From Dendrobates tinctorius (taxonomy: Eukaryota): a stretch of 50,205 nucleotides of DNA. The notes below the pieces were generated by a model, which was given only the letters and a program-made list of their open reading frames with translations, made no database searches and had not been told where the DNA came from. Position 1 is the first letter of the stretch. Each line of letters opens with the position of its first letter. Below, in pieces: positions 9,498 to 20,520 of this stretch. Position numbers and translations under genes: made by a program. Location of the stretch: assembly GCF_039654945.1 (NCBI RefSeq), contig NW_027361752.1, forward strand, positions 31,819,796-31,870,000. Reading direction: 5' to 3'.

Positions 9498-11379
9498 CGC
9501 CATAGGCATTGGGGGGAGACTTCGCCACTTTGCAGCAAACTGGTCGCGAGTCACCAACAGTCAGTGGGTCCTCAGAACCATCAGAGAAGGTTACAGGATA
9601 GAGCTCTATTCTCCTCCCCCCGACAGATATATTGCCCCCACTGTCGTCCTGGAGGACTCCGCAATGTGGTCGGATCTTCAGGACATGTTAGACTCGGGGG
9701 TCATAATACCAGTTCCAGCATCAGAAAGAGGGAAAGGTCACTACTCTTCCCTGTTTGCAATTACAAAGAAATCCGGCGAGACCCGCACCATCATAAACCT
9801 GAAGCCACTAAATGCTTGGGTCAGATACAGGAGGTTCCGGATGGAATCTATCCGATCCGCGATTCCTCTGATAGACAGGGACGCAGTTATGTGCACCCTA
9901 GACCTAAAAAAGGCATATTATCAGGTTCCTATTCATCCCTCATCCCAAAGCCTACTAAGGTTCGCGATCAGTTCACCAGCCCGGACCTGCCATTTCCAGT
10001 TCCAAGGTCTTCCATTCGGGCTGGCCTCAGCTCCCAGAATCTTTACGAAACTGGTGGTAGAGGTGGTGGCCTACCTGAGAGATCAGGGTATTGTGATTGT
10101 GCCGTACCTGGACGACTTCTTACTGGTGGCAAGATCCAAAGAAGCGCTCATCCGAGACAGGATCCGAACAACTACTGTGATGGAGTTCCTGGGCTGGGTG
10201 ATCAACTGGGAGAAGTCGGACCTCACACCAAACACCAGAAAGGTATTCCTGGGAGTCCTCCTAGACTCAGCCGACAGAATATCCTGGCTACCCGAGCAGA
10301 AGCAGAAGTCCATTCAGGCCAGAACCAGAGGTCTGTTGAAGCGTCAATGCTCCATAAGGGAAGCAATGGAGGTCCTGGGCCTCATGACGGCATGCATCCA
10401 GTGTGTCCGTTGGGCCCAATTCCACTCGCGGTTGTTACAAAGAGAAATTCTCGCGAGGTGGGACAGGAGTCAGGCGTCGCTAGACAAACCCCTAAGACTC
10501 TCAGGACGAGCAAAGGAGTCCCTTCGCTGGTGGTTACAGGCCAGGAACCTTCAGGTGGGCGTGCATTGGACAACCTCTCCATACGTGGTAGTCACCACAG
10601 ACGCAAGTGCGTGGGGATGGGGAGCCTACATAGAAGGGAAGATCTTCCAGGGGAAGTGGCCAGCAAGCATCAAGGCCAGATCCTCCAATTTCAAGGAACT
10701 CTTCGCGGTCTGGGCAGCGTTGCGGAGAAACCGGTCGGTACTAAAGAGTCGTCATGTTCGCATTCTATCCGACAATACAACGACAGTGGCATTCCTGAAA
10801 CACCAAGGAGGAACCAGACATCAACCACTACAGGCACTGGCGGAAAAGATATTCACGTGGGCAGAACGGACAGTTCGATCCGTGACCGCGGTACATCTAG
10901 AGGGTTCCCAAAACGAAGTGGCGGACTACCTGAGCAGACAACAGATCCACCCGACAGAGTGGGAATTGAACATAGAGGTCTTCAACCAGCTTTGTCAGCG
11001 CTGGGGGAACCCCAGTATAGATCTCTTCGCAAGCCGCAAGAACTCGAAGGTTCCCAGATTCTACTCCCTAAATCCAATGGACCATCCAGAGGGCGTAGAC
11101 GCCCTGAGTCAGACTTGGGGAGAATCCCTCTCTTATGCGTTCCCACCACTGGCCCTCATACCGGCAGTGCTCAGAAAGATACGCGAGGACCACGCAAGAG
11201 TGATATTGATAGTGCCATACTGGCCGAGGAGAAGCTGGTTTTCCCTTCTGGGAGCCATGGCAGTAGAAGATCCAGTCGAGCTGCCCTTGTGGGAGAACAT
11301 CATCCACCAGGGCCCGATCCACCACCCGGACCCAGCAAGACTGCATCTATCGGCCTGGATCCTGAGAGGGACATCCTGA
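9259..11379 (+). CDS. DIRS pol: reverse transcriptase, RNase H and N6-adenine methyltransferase-like domain (start undefined)
   Basis: GGRL..F...W; LDLKKAY; LPFGLASAPRIFTK; YLDD; RNase H TDAS, KEL, SDN, ADYLSR; MT-like IDLFAS...YAFPP. Confidence 0.95.
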   Translation, partial: GCLVQPWIISLSWCLIKIRDSRKKNPGGPSPFGEAPSSEDSQSLGAGRVLIEAPTEAPSAKVGRTEVPHLHRHLGRGDNDAIGIGGRLRHFAANWSRVTNSQWVLRTIREGYRIELYSPPPDRYIAPTVVLEDSAMWSDLQDMLDSGVIIPVPASERGKGHYSSLFAITKKSGETRTIINLKPLNAWVRYRRFRMESIRSAIPLIDRDAVMCTLDLKKAYYQVPIHPSSQSLLRFAISSPARTCHFQFQGLPFGLASAPRIFTKLVVEVVAYLRDQGIVIVPYLDDFLLVARSKEALIRDRIRTTTVMEFLGWVINWEKSDLTPNTRKVFLGVLLDSADRISWLPEQKQKSIQARTRGLLKRQCSIREAMEVLGLMTACIQCVRWAQFHSRLLQREILARWDRSQASLDKPLRLSGRAKESLRWWLQARNLQVGVHWTTSPYVVVTTDASAWGWGAYIEGKIFQGKWPASIKARSSNFKELFAVWAALRRNRSVLKSRHVRILSDNTTTVAFLKHQGGTRHQPLQALAEKIFTWAERTVRSVTAVHLEGSQNEVADYLSRQQIHPTEWELNIEVFNQLCQRWGNPSIDLFASRKNSKVPRFYSLNPMDHPEGVDALSQTWGESLSYAFPPLALIPAVLRKIREDHARVILIVPYWPRRSWFSLLGAMAVEDPVELPLWENIIHQGPIHHPDPARLHLSAWILRGTS

Positions 11380-12392
11380 AGGCAAAAGGATTGTCGGAGC
11401 AGGTCATATCCACCCTACAGGCCAGCAGGAAGCCGGTGACGTCGGCAATTTATCGGAAGATATGGAGGAGATTTTGTCTGGAGGGTGGCAGGTCCGAGCT
11501 CGTGGCAGGTACCCCGGATCTCCCTAACATACTAGGGTTCCTGCAGGCAGGTTTTAATAAAGGCCTCAAGCCCAGCACTCTAAAAGTCCAGGTTTCAGCT
11601 TTGAGCGCCTTCTTTGATTATCAGTTAGCTGCACATCCCTGGGTGATAAGGTTTATAAAAGCCACACAGCGCCTGCGTCCCACGATTAGGCAGCTCACCC
11701 CGCCATGGGACCTGGGCCTGGTACTTCGGTTCCTCTGCTCGGACACTTTCGCCCTTAGTGAGAAGATAACCATCCCTGCTCTCACTCGTAAAACGGCCTT
11801 TCTAGTAGCCATTACCACGGCCAAAAGAATAGGGGAGATCCAGGCCCTATCCACTAAGGATCCATACCTCCAGATAAGAGAGGATAGTATAATCCTAAGG
11901 TTAGACCCGGCATTTACCCCGAAGGTAGCCTCTACAAGAAATCTGAATCAGGAGGTAGTGTTACCCTCTTTCTGTGATAATCCCCGAAATGAGGAGCGGC
12001 GGCTCCACTCGCTAGACGTGAGGCGCGCAGTTATAGAGTACCTAGAGGCCACCAATAGTTGGCGTATCGACCCGAACCTGTTCGTTCTCTTTGGGGGTAG
12101 GAATAAAGGGAAGAGGGCCTCTAAGGCGTCCATAGCGCGTTGGATTACCTCAGTAATCTCGGACGCCTACCAGGCTGAAGGCGCCAGCCCGCCTGATTCC
12201 TTAAAAGCCCACTCTACAAGGGCGGTATCGGCCTCATGGGCCGAGCGGGCGGGGGCGTCAGTTGATCAAATTTGTCGAGCGGCAACCTGGGCTAGTCTTA
12301 ATACATTCTGCAACCATTACAAACTAGATGTGTTAGCTGGCCAACAAACCGCATTCGGGAGAAAAGTTCTCCAAGCAGTAATCCCACCCTGA
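9498..12392 (+). CDS. DIRS tyrosine recombinase ORF (catalytic part about 11370-12392) with a long N-terminal extension overlapping pol
   Basis: RIGEIQAL (R), PKV (K), HSTR (HxxR), AATW, NHY (Y). The frame is open from just after the gag stop. Confidence 0.93.
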   Translation, partial: RHRHWGETSPLCSKLVASHQQSVGPQNHQRRLQDRALFSSPRQIYCPHCRPGGLRNVVGSSGHVRLGGHNTSSSIRKRERSLLFPVCNYKEIRRDPHHHKPEATKCLGQIQEVPDGIYPIRDSSDRQGRSYVHPRPKKGILSGSYSSLIPKPTKVRDQFTSPDLPFPVPRSSIRAGLSSQNLYETGGRGGGLPERSGYCDCAVPGRLLTGGKIQRSAHPRQDPNNYCDGVPGLGDQLGEVGPHTKHQKGIPGSPPRLSRQNILATRAEAEVHSGQNQRSVEASMLHKGSNGGPGPHDGMHPVCPLGPIPLAVVTKRNSREVGQESGVARQTPKTLRTSKGVPSLVVTGQEPSGGRALDNLSIRGSHHRRKCVGMGSLHRREDLPGEVASKHQGQILQFQGTLRGLGSVAEKPVGTKESSCSHSIRQYNDSGIPETPRRNQTSTTTGTGGKDIHVGRTDSSIRDRGTSRGFPKRSGGLPEQTTDPPDRVGIEHRGLQPALSALGEPQYRSLRKPQELEGSQILLPKSNGPSRGRRRPESDLGRIPLLCVPTTGPHTGSAQKDTRGPRKSDIDSAILAEEKLVFPSGSHGSRRSSRAALVGEHHPPGPDPPPGPSKTASIGLDPERDILKAKGLSEQVISTLQASRKPVTSAIYRKIWRRFCLEGGRSELVAGTPDLPNILGFLQAGFNKGLKPSTLKVQVSALSAFFDYQLAAHPWVIRFIKATQRLRPTIRQLTPPWDLGLVLRFLCSDTFALSEKITIPALTRKTAFLVAITTAKRIGEIQALSTKDPYLQIREDSIILRLDPAFTPKVASTRNLNQEVVLPSFCDNPRNEERRLHSLDVRRAVIEYLEATNSWRIDPNLFVLFGGRNKGKRASKASIARWITSVISDAYQAEGASPPDSLKAHSTRAVSASWAERAGASVDQICRAATWASLNTFCNHYKLDVLAGQQTAFGRKVLQAVIPP

Positions 12393-12409
12393 GGAGGTGC
12401 TTTGGTACT

Positions 12410-12496
12410 CTCCATAGTGCTGTCAGGTGGACGTCCTGGAAAATAGGTATTAGACCTACCGGTAATGATGTTTCCAGGAGTCCATCCTGACAGCAC
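12410..12496. repeat. DIRS internal complementary region (ICR)
   Basis: First part is the reverse complement of the left ITR start; second part is the reverse complement of the element's 3' end. They join across AAAA, which predicts the circle junction. Confidence 0.95.
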
Positions 12497-12613
12497 GGGT
12501 AGTTCCCTCCCTCTTATGTTATACTATGTTGTATTATGTTATGTCATATGCTGTAATATGATTGTTTCATTAAACCGTTACTAGCATCATCCACCTTGTG
12601 GTACTTGTCAAAT

Positions 12614-12755
12614 CACTGAGGGAAAGGGGGTGGGACATGGCCTTTTAACCTCTCGTGTGCTTTCCTGTCCCTGTAAGGAGGAGGAGGACGTCCTCCATAG
12701 TGCTGTCAGGATGGACTCCTGGAAACATCATTACCGGTAGGTCTAATACCTATTT
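12614..12755. repeat. DIRS right ITR plus right extension
   Basis: Inverted copy of 7451-7562, then CATCATTACCGGTAGGTCTAATACCTATTT. Confidence 0.95.
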
Positions 12756-15315
12756 TTTTCTATATACATTACATTGTGTGTATGCCAAAACTGCGTTAAA
12801 TAATACAATTTGTGTCTGATACAATCATGGCAGAAGGAAAAAAGTCACTGCTTCTACAATGCAGAGTCAACCTGATGGACATTAAAGAGCAGATAATTCC
12901 CAAATTTTAACCTATCTTAAGGAAAGGTAATTTGCTGATGGTGGGGGTCTGACTGGTGGGAATAGCACCGATTCCGACAATGGGGGAACGACTGGAGTGG
13001 AGCGGTGGTCTCGCACAGGCGGACTGGAGTGCTGCACTTGGCTAATGGGGCATTTCATAGACCGGCTCTTGGGGTCTGTGATTGTAGTAACCCTTCTCGG
13101 GGTGAATATGAACCTTTATGGGGGGATTGTGCACTGAGATGATGTGTATAAATGTCTTGTGCTTCCTTGAGGCCTGCAATGTAGATCTGTAGAGAAGTCA
13201 TGAAGTGTCATTCTGTGGACGCCGTGTGTGTACAGCGCTGTACAACTTTTATTAAACGGGTCATTCAAAAACCAAACATTTACTCTGAGTCCAATCTGTT
13301 CACAACCGACTGCTGAGCTTTCCTGGGAAATGGGAAAGCGTTAATGCACACACTGGACCCTTCCCCATGGTTAGGACTGGCAAATATTTAATGAGTATGA
13401 CACCTTTAAAAGTGTAATTATCTAGACCTTCATATTGGGGACATCGATCCTATAAAAATAATCCTGTTACTGTTGATTTCAGTAAATGGGTTTTAAAGAA
13501 AAACAATTACATGAATAAGGTGGTTTTGGTCCACCCTTGGTGCACCCACGGGATGCACAGATATGTCCCCTCGATTACAATAGCCTCCCCTCATGGAGGT
13601 TTGGAGCACAGTCTGGTCCAACTCCCCAGCCCTTAATATACGGACACTGGAGCGCCTGTATACACAGTGTCGGTGTGCAGGAGAAGCTCTCTTCTCTGTG
13701 TATAGCAGCCGCCAGTGCTGTCGTTCCGTGTGTAGCGAGCGGCTGCTCTACACACAGGAGAGGGAGAGGATGGCGTGCCTGCACAGACGGCTCGTGCACA
13801 CTCTCAGGCCCTGTAGTGTCAGTGCAGAGTTAGATCAGAGACAACGCCATCATGGGTTGGATCAGTGCCTCGAATGCATGGCTACCCCAAGGGTGCACCA
13901 ATTTAAAAAATTATAGGAGAGAAAATCCTCACGTTTACTGAACTTTGATGTTTTATAAGGACTGAGTCCCAAATATGAAGATCTGAATGGTTAAATTTCA
14001 CTTTTGGGGATGACAGACTTCCTTTCTAGGAATTGAACCTATATCGGCAATTTTTAGAAGAGACCGTTACTTTACGATGGTCGGCAGTCCGACTCTTGGC
14101 TAATACTGCACATTACATGAAGATTTGCCGGAAAGTTTATCCCATTCATTGCAAAGGGTGAAATCCGCATTGGAAGAAGTGATTTATTTCGGATTCCAAA
14201 GTCCAGACCAGGATATGTTCCGCTGGTACTGTAATATGTAACATCTCCTTTTTTTTTTTCTGGCATTTTGGATCACAAGGGCCAGTACAAGAACTGTATC
14301 TGCGCTGAGAAGAAGCAGCAGGGCGCTGGTTCACAAACGACGTAATGGCGGCAGAGACTGCCTGTTTAGAGAAGTGAAGGAACCTCTGTGTTAACAGGCC
14401 GCTCTGTGTCGGGAGAGATCATTGCAGGGCAGTACAGGCAGGTAGTTAGCAACTGCCTGCTGCCAAGTGCTTAGTACCATAGAAGACAAAAGCCCTAGAT
14501 AACCCCTTAAAGGGAATGTTCACACAGGACACAAATTGCAGTGGACAAAAAATATTGCAAATTTGCAACATAAATTGACTCGTTGCAAATTTATAGCACC
14601 ACTTCAGCAGGTTTTATTTTTTAATCTCGTCGCTGAAGTGGGGCAGCTAGATATACGTTCTCTGGCACTAGTATAATACCAGCTGCCGTCTTCAGCTCCA
14701 GTCCTGCGCCATCTTGTGACCCCCAACGTCTGAATGACCGGAAGTCAGAGGTAACAGTCATAAGCGTTCAATAGAAGTTTGAGACCCTCGTTCTGGCTCT
14801 ACTGCATTAACATTGAGTTGGGGTCCGCCCAGCAAACACTGGAGAGACCACCGCAGCTCAGAGCGGCGCTAATAATGGATGAAGACGACAACTGCTAAAT
14901 AAGACTAGGGGCATTGAACTTAGATTATTAGCACCATAGATTAGAGCGCTGCAAGAAAAAAACACCCTCTGGAGTGGCGCTTTGAAGTCCGCACTCCAGG
15001 GTCTGCGTATATTCTGTGCAGCATCTAGGTGAGATTTGGTAAGATCTATACAGAAATCCTGCAGCGTATCTGCTCGTGCGAATGGCTGGTCATGAATAGT
15101 TTGTGCACTGTCAACATGGAGTAAGTACTTGGAAGAGCTGCAACTACAGATGTGGAAACACTCAACGAGTGGCGTTGTTGGCTGACTGCTGTGCCACTCC
15201 ATTTATCTCTCCCACATGCCTATTTCTAACTCTTCAGTATGTAGCGTGTGCCTCTGTCTACCCCCAGAGTGCTGTTAGATGATGGGATGTAATATAACAT
15301 TGGGCCATCCATGCC

Positions 15316-16163
15316 TGTTGTGAATTCCCTTGCTCGGATCTCTGAGCCGACGCTCCCTCTGGTGGTTACTGAGAGTAGTGGAGCTGGCCAGGTTGATGGA
15401 AGTTCCCCACCTGACGACGATAATTGGGAACCTGGGATTACTGGCTGGGAGCATATAATTGAGCTGGCTGCTCTTGAAGGTTGCTGGTGATTTTCTTCCT
15501 TGTGCATTTGGAGTTCTTTTGTCCCCTGCCTTATCTTCATGGTTCAGTTAAGTGATTCTTTTGCATCTAATTTGGTTGTGCCTTTTTTTGCTTTCTGCTT
15601 TGCTAGGGATCAGCGTACTCCCTGCTGGGGGCAGCGCTGAGCCCTGCTCTATATGTTACAGATTGTGTCAGTTTGTTCAGTCCCGTTATGTTAGTATCTT
15701 TTGCTTTGCTTCCAGTTTGTACCAGAGTGCTAATCTAGCGGGGGTGAGGTTGTGTGGCCTATTTTTTTGTATATCAGAAGTGTTGGATTTTTTTAGGGTT
15801 TTGTGCGTGATTGCAGTGTCTCTCCTGTCCTGTCTAGTCAGTGTGGGCCCCACCGTTTGCTCAGTCTATTTTCTGCCTGTGTTTGTGTCTCATCTTGTCT
15901 CTCCGACAATATATGTTTGAGGGCTGTCTATTCCTTTGGGGATCTGCTCCGGGGCAGTTTAGATTTCACCACCTTTCTAACGTCAGGCTTAGTTAGTTCT
16001 ACGGCTGTGACGAAGCGTCTAGGGCATCGTAGGAACGCTCCACGGCTACTGCCAGTTGTGTTGATAGGATCAGGGGTCTGCAATCCTCTTAGTTACCAAC
16101 CTCTCTGGTTTTCTGGTGGCTTAGCCTGTTCCTGCCATCCTCCTCGGTGTCCCATTCATAACA
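15316..16163. mobile_element. Probable solo LTR (848 bp)
   Basis: TGTTGTGA...TCATAACA (TG..CA, imperfect terminal inverted repeat) flanked by CATGCC at 15310-15315 and 16164-16169. Confidence 0.7.
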
Positions 16164-16320
16164 CATGCCCGTCCCAGGGATGGGGTGATTGTTGGTGTTT
16201 CCAATCCCATCAGTTTAACCCTTACGATGCCACAATAGTGACCATAGCACATGAGTTGCAGATAAAAAGCCTCAGTGTTAGCCATATACCGCAGCCTTTA
16301 ACTTCTCGCCAGAGGGAGGT

Positions 16321-17940
16321 CTACTCCGCTGCCGGTCAGTGATGAGGGGGGTCTACTCCGCTGCCGGTCAGTGATGAGGGGGGTCTACTCCGCTGCCGGT
16401 CAGTGATGAGGGGGGTCTACTCCGCTGCCGGTCAGTGATGAGGGGGGTCTACTCCGCTGCCGGTCAGTGATGAGGGGGGTCTACTCTGCTGCCGGTCAGT
16501 GATGAGGGGGGGAGACTACTCCGCTGCCGGTCAGTGATGAGGGGGGGAGACTACTCCGCTGCCGGTCAGTGATGAGGGGGGGAGACTACTCCGCTGCCGG
16601 TCAGTGATGAGGGGGGGAGACTACTCCGCTGCCGGTCAGTGATGAGGGGGGGAGACTACTCCGCTGCCGGTCAGTGATGAGGGGGGGAGACTACTCCGCT
16701 GCCGGTCAGTGATGAGGGGGGGAGACTACTCCGCTGCCGGTCAGTGATGAGGGGGGGAGACTACTCCGCTGCCGGTCAGTGATGAGGGGGGGAGACTACT
16801 CCGCTGCCGGTCAGTGATGAGGGGGGGAGACTACTCCGCTGCCGGTCAGTGATGAGGGGGGGAGACTACTCCGCTGCCGGTCAGTGATGAGGGGGGGAGA
16901 CTACTCCGCTGCCGGTCAGTGATGAGGGGGGGAGACTACTCCGCTGCCGGTCAGTGATGAGGGGGGGAGACTACTCCGCTGCCGGTCAGTGATGAGGGGG
17001 GGAGACTACTCCGCTGCCGGTCAGTGATGAGGGGGGGAGACTACTCCGCTGCCGGTCAGTGATGAGGGGGGGAGACTACTCCGCTGCCGGTCAGTGATGA
17101 GGGGGGGAGACTACTCCGCTGCCGGTCAGTGATGAGGGGGGGAGACTACTCCGCTGCCGGTCAGTGATGAGGGGGGGAGACTACTCCGCTGCCGGTCAGT
17201 GATGAGGGGGGGAGACTACTCCGCTGCCGGTCAGTGATGAGGGGGGGAGACTACTCCGCTGCCGGTCAGTGATGAGGGGGGGAGACTACTCCGCTGCCGG
17301 TCAGTGATGAGGGGGGGAGACTACTCCGCTGCCGGTCAGTGATGAGGGGGGGAGACTACTCCGCTGCCGGTCAGTGATGAGGGGGGGAGACTACTCCGCT
17401 GCCGGTCAGTGATGAGGGGGGGAGACTACTCCGCTGCCGGTCAGTGATGAGGGGGGGAGACTACTCCGCTGCCGGTCAGTGATGAGGGGGGGAGACTACT
17501 CCGCTGCCGGTCAGTGATGAGGGGGGGAGACTACTCCGCTGCCGGTCAGTGATGAGGGGGGGAGACTACTCCGCTGCCGGTCAGTGATGAGGGGGGGAGA
17601 CTACTCCGCTGCCGGTCAGTGATGAGGGGGGGAGACTACTCTGCTGCCGGTCAGTGATGAGGGGGGGAGACTACTCCGCTGCCGGTCAGTGATGAGGGGG
17701 GGAGACTACTCTGCTGCCGGTCAGTGATGAGGGGGGGAGACTACTCCGCTGGCGGTCAGTGATGAGGGGGGAGACTACTCCGCTGGCGGTCAGTGATGGG
17801 GGGGGGGAGACTACTCCGCTGGCGGTCAGTGATGGGGGGGGGGGAGACTACTCCGCTGGCGGTCAGTGATGAGGGGGGGGGTCTACTCCGCTGCCGGTCA
17901 CTGATGAGGGGGTCTACTCCGGTGCCGGTCAGTGATGAGG
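16321..17940. repeat. G-rich minisatellite, 35-bp unit CTACTCCGCTGCCGGTCAGTGATGAGGGGGGGAGA (32-bp variant at the start), about 46 copies
   Basis: Direct reading. Confidence 0.97.
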
Positions 17941-18182
17941 AGCATTATTCACACCAACAATTTTCCCATCTCATTTAGACCCTATTATAGTCAATGACCT
18001 CACACAGAGGAAGATGGGTTCGACTGCATTTTCCTAACGTGCATTTCAGATTCTGTTTTCTGGATGAAAATTGTCAATAGAGGAAATAAAATCAAAAAAT
18101 AACCGTTTAACCCAAAAATAAATTATTTCTGATCTGTATAATGGATCATGCAGTACAGATGTCAAAACTAATCTGCTATAAA

Positions 18183-18390
18183 GGCGGCATGGTGGCTCAG
18201 TGGTTAGCACTGAAGCCTTGCAGCTCTGGGGTCCTGGGTTGAAATCCCACCAAGGACAACATCTGCAAGGAGTCTGTATGTTCCCGTGTTTGCATGGGTT
18301 TCCTCCGGGTTCTTGTTTCTTCTCACTTTCTAAAGACATACTGATTGTGAGCCCCAGTGGGGACAGTGATGTCTGTATGGCGCTATATAA
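18183..18390 (+). mobile_element. tRNA-derived SINE with V-SINE-like core
   Basis: A box GGTGGCTCAGTGG, B-box-like GGTTGAAATCC, core TGTATGTTCCCGTGTTTGCATGGGTTTCCTCCGGG. Confidence 0.75.
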
Positions 18391-19730
18391 GGGTTCTTTC
18401 AGACATCCGTGTCTCTGGTATGTGTGGTGATCGTTTTCACTCGTAATGGAGACACATTCAAGTGAATGGGTCTGTGCACGTAAGTCTGTTTCTATAGACC
18501 GTTTGACTGCAGGCAAAAGACACGGTCAGGTCCGTTTTTTAACAGCAGCACGGGCCGCAAAGCATTCTGCACACTGATGACACATGGATGACATCCGTGT
18601 GTCATCAGTGTGAGCCGTACTGGAGCCTGGGAATCCGCGGCACTGTCAACGCTGTTTCCCAGTGTCTGGTGCTGAAGACAGCTCACATCATTCTCCCCTG
18701 CTCACACTGCGATCAGCGCTAGCAAGGGAGAATATTGAGATATATTCAACTGATAACAGCAAGAGAAGGCGGCGGCTGATGGGTGTAGTATTCCTCAGCC
18801 GCCACTTGTGCTACAAATAAAAAATGGTGTGGGTTTCCTTGTATTTTTTGATAACCAGCCAGGCAAAACTGACCGCTGGGGGCTGCAACCCTCAGCAAGG
18901 CTGGTTATCAAGAACAGGTGGGGGACTCCTAGCAGTTTTTTTTTTTTTAAATTACTTATCTAGTTTTTGACAACCAGACAAGCTAAAGCTGACAGCTGGG
19001 GGATGGTATTCTCAGGCTGTTAAGAGGTCATGGATATTGGCGCCCCCCCCCCCCAGCTTAAAAATAACAGCCCACAGCCACCCGGAAAAGGCACATCTGT
19101 TAGATGCACCAATTCTGGCACTTTTCCCACTTGCCCTGTAGCGGTGGCAAGTGGGTTCATATTTGTGGGGTTGATGTCACCTTTGTATTGTCAGGTGACA
19201 TCAAGCCCACGGCTTAGTAACGGAGAGGCGTCTATGAGACACCTATCCATTACTAATCCTATAGTTGTATTGTAAATAATCTCACAGCCAGAATAAAGTC
19301 CTTTATTTGAAATAAAACAAAACACAGGTCTCGCCCAAATAACAAACACAGTTATACTCACCTAACGCCTAATTCCACTGAATCCCTCGTCTCCTGTATT
19401 AAAATAAAAAAACAATATCCCTCACCTGTCCGTCGTTCCATCCCATGCTGTAATCCATGTGTGGGGGATAAATAATCTTCAACGCTTTTTTTTTTTTATT
19501 TATTAATGATGAATACTCCCATCAGCCACCGCCTGCTCTCGCTGTTATCAGTTAAGTACAACTCTCCACATTCTTCCCTGATCACCGGCAGAGCAGAGAA
19601 TGATGCAAGATGTCTTCAGCACCGGCACTGGGGAACAACGCAAACAGCACCTCTCTTTCCAAGGCGCCAGTGCATCACACGGACACCGATATCTCCGGTA
19701 CTGGGTATATCAGAAGATGTAAAGGAGCCC
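18391..19730. mobile_element. Non-autonomous DNA transposon, PIF/Harbinger-like
   Basis: GGGTTCTTTCAGACATC...GATGTAAAGGAGCCC with TAA on both sides; inverted subterminal blocks about 18640-18800 and 19515-19640. Confidence 0.55.
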
Positions 19731-20520
19731 TAAGTGAGGAAAATCAAATATCGAGATGAAAACGGTTTTCAAAATCAGCTTTGTGAAGAAGTGTAAAAAA
19801 GAAAATAAAATTATTAAAAAAAAAAATAAAATCCATTATCAAATGTGTTGTTTTTGTTCATCTGGCCTAAAAAATAATACATTTTGATTGAAAAGCTCAT
19901 TATGGAAAAATAAGCCCTCGCACAGCTCTATCGATGGAAAAAATGGATTTAAAAAACTTTTCAGGAAATAAACAGCCATGAAAAGTTTTTTGCTTGTTTT
20001 GAAAGTAGTAAAAAAAAGTATAAAAATAAAAAATTGGGGTCATTCATACTGGCCTGGAGAACAGAGGTAATATTATATGGCGAAAAAATTAACGCACAGT
20101 TCCAGATCTGTTGTGTTTATGTTCATCCCTCCTACAAAAAAAGCAAACACCCAAAAAAAACTACAGTTTTCGAAGCCAAACAGCAGCTCTGGGCTGTAAC
20201 CACAGAAATACTCAGAATATGAATATACAAAAAATGATAGATCCGGTGAAGGCGTAATCGTACAAACCCAAATAAACCTGCAGGGGAGGGTGCCACTGTC
20301 AGGGCAGATTGGGCATCTGCTGCAGACCACCTGTCGGCCATGTTTGTACACCCATGAAGCGCGGCCTCTGGGGCAGGTGTCACAGGAGAGTGATCGTATA
20401 TGCTGGGTTTGTCGTGTGTTGTACAAGTGATCACATGGTTTAAGTTTATATATATATATAAAGAAAATTATATTCAATTAAAAAAAGTTAAAATAAAAAT
20501 AACATCCACATAAATAAATA

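Larger units (their letters stand above)
7451..12755 (+). mobile_element. Full-length DIRS1-type tyrosine-recombinase retrotransposon (element 1), apparently intact
   Basis: Non-identical inverted terminal repeats, 3' extension, internal complementary region, TTT termini, uninterrupted gag, RT-RH-MT and YR frames. Confidence 0.97.

Noticed and set aside
9494-9505. ATGA overlap at the gag stop as a reinitiation start for pol
   Set aside because: That ATG is in the third frame and closes after three codons (ATG ACG CCA TAG); element 2 has GTGA instead.
14070-14375. Minus-strand acceptor-like site near 14362 as a possible ATP5PF exon
   Set aside because: None of the three frames resembles ATP synthase coupling factor 6.
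16321-17940. Regular repeats here and at 21620-22600 and 38299-39889 as possible CRISPR arrays
   Set aside because: Head-to-tail units with no unique spacers, no cas genes, eukaryotic context.
18183-18255. tRNA gene
   Set aside because: A/B boxes run straight into a SINE core; no complete cloverleaf.
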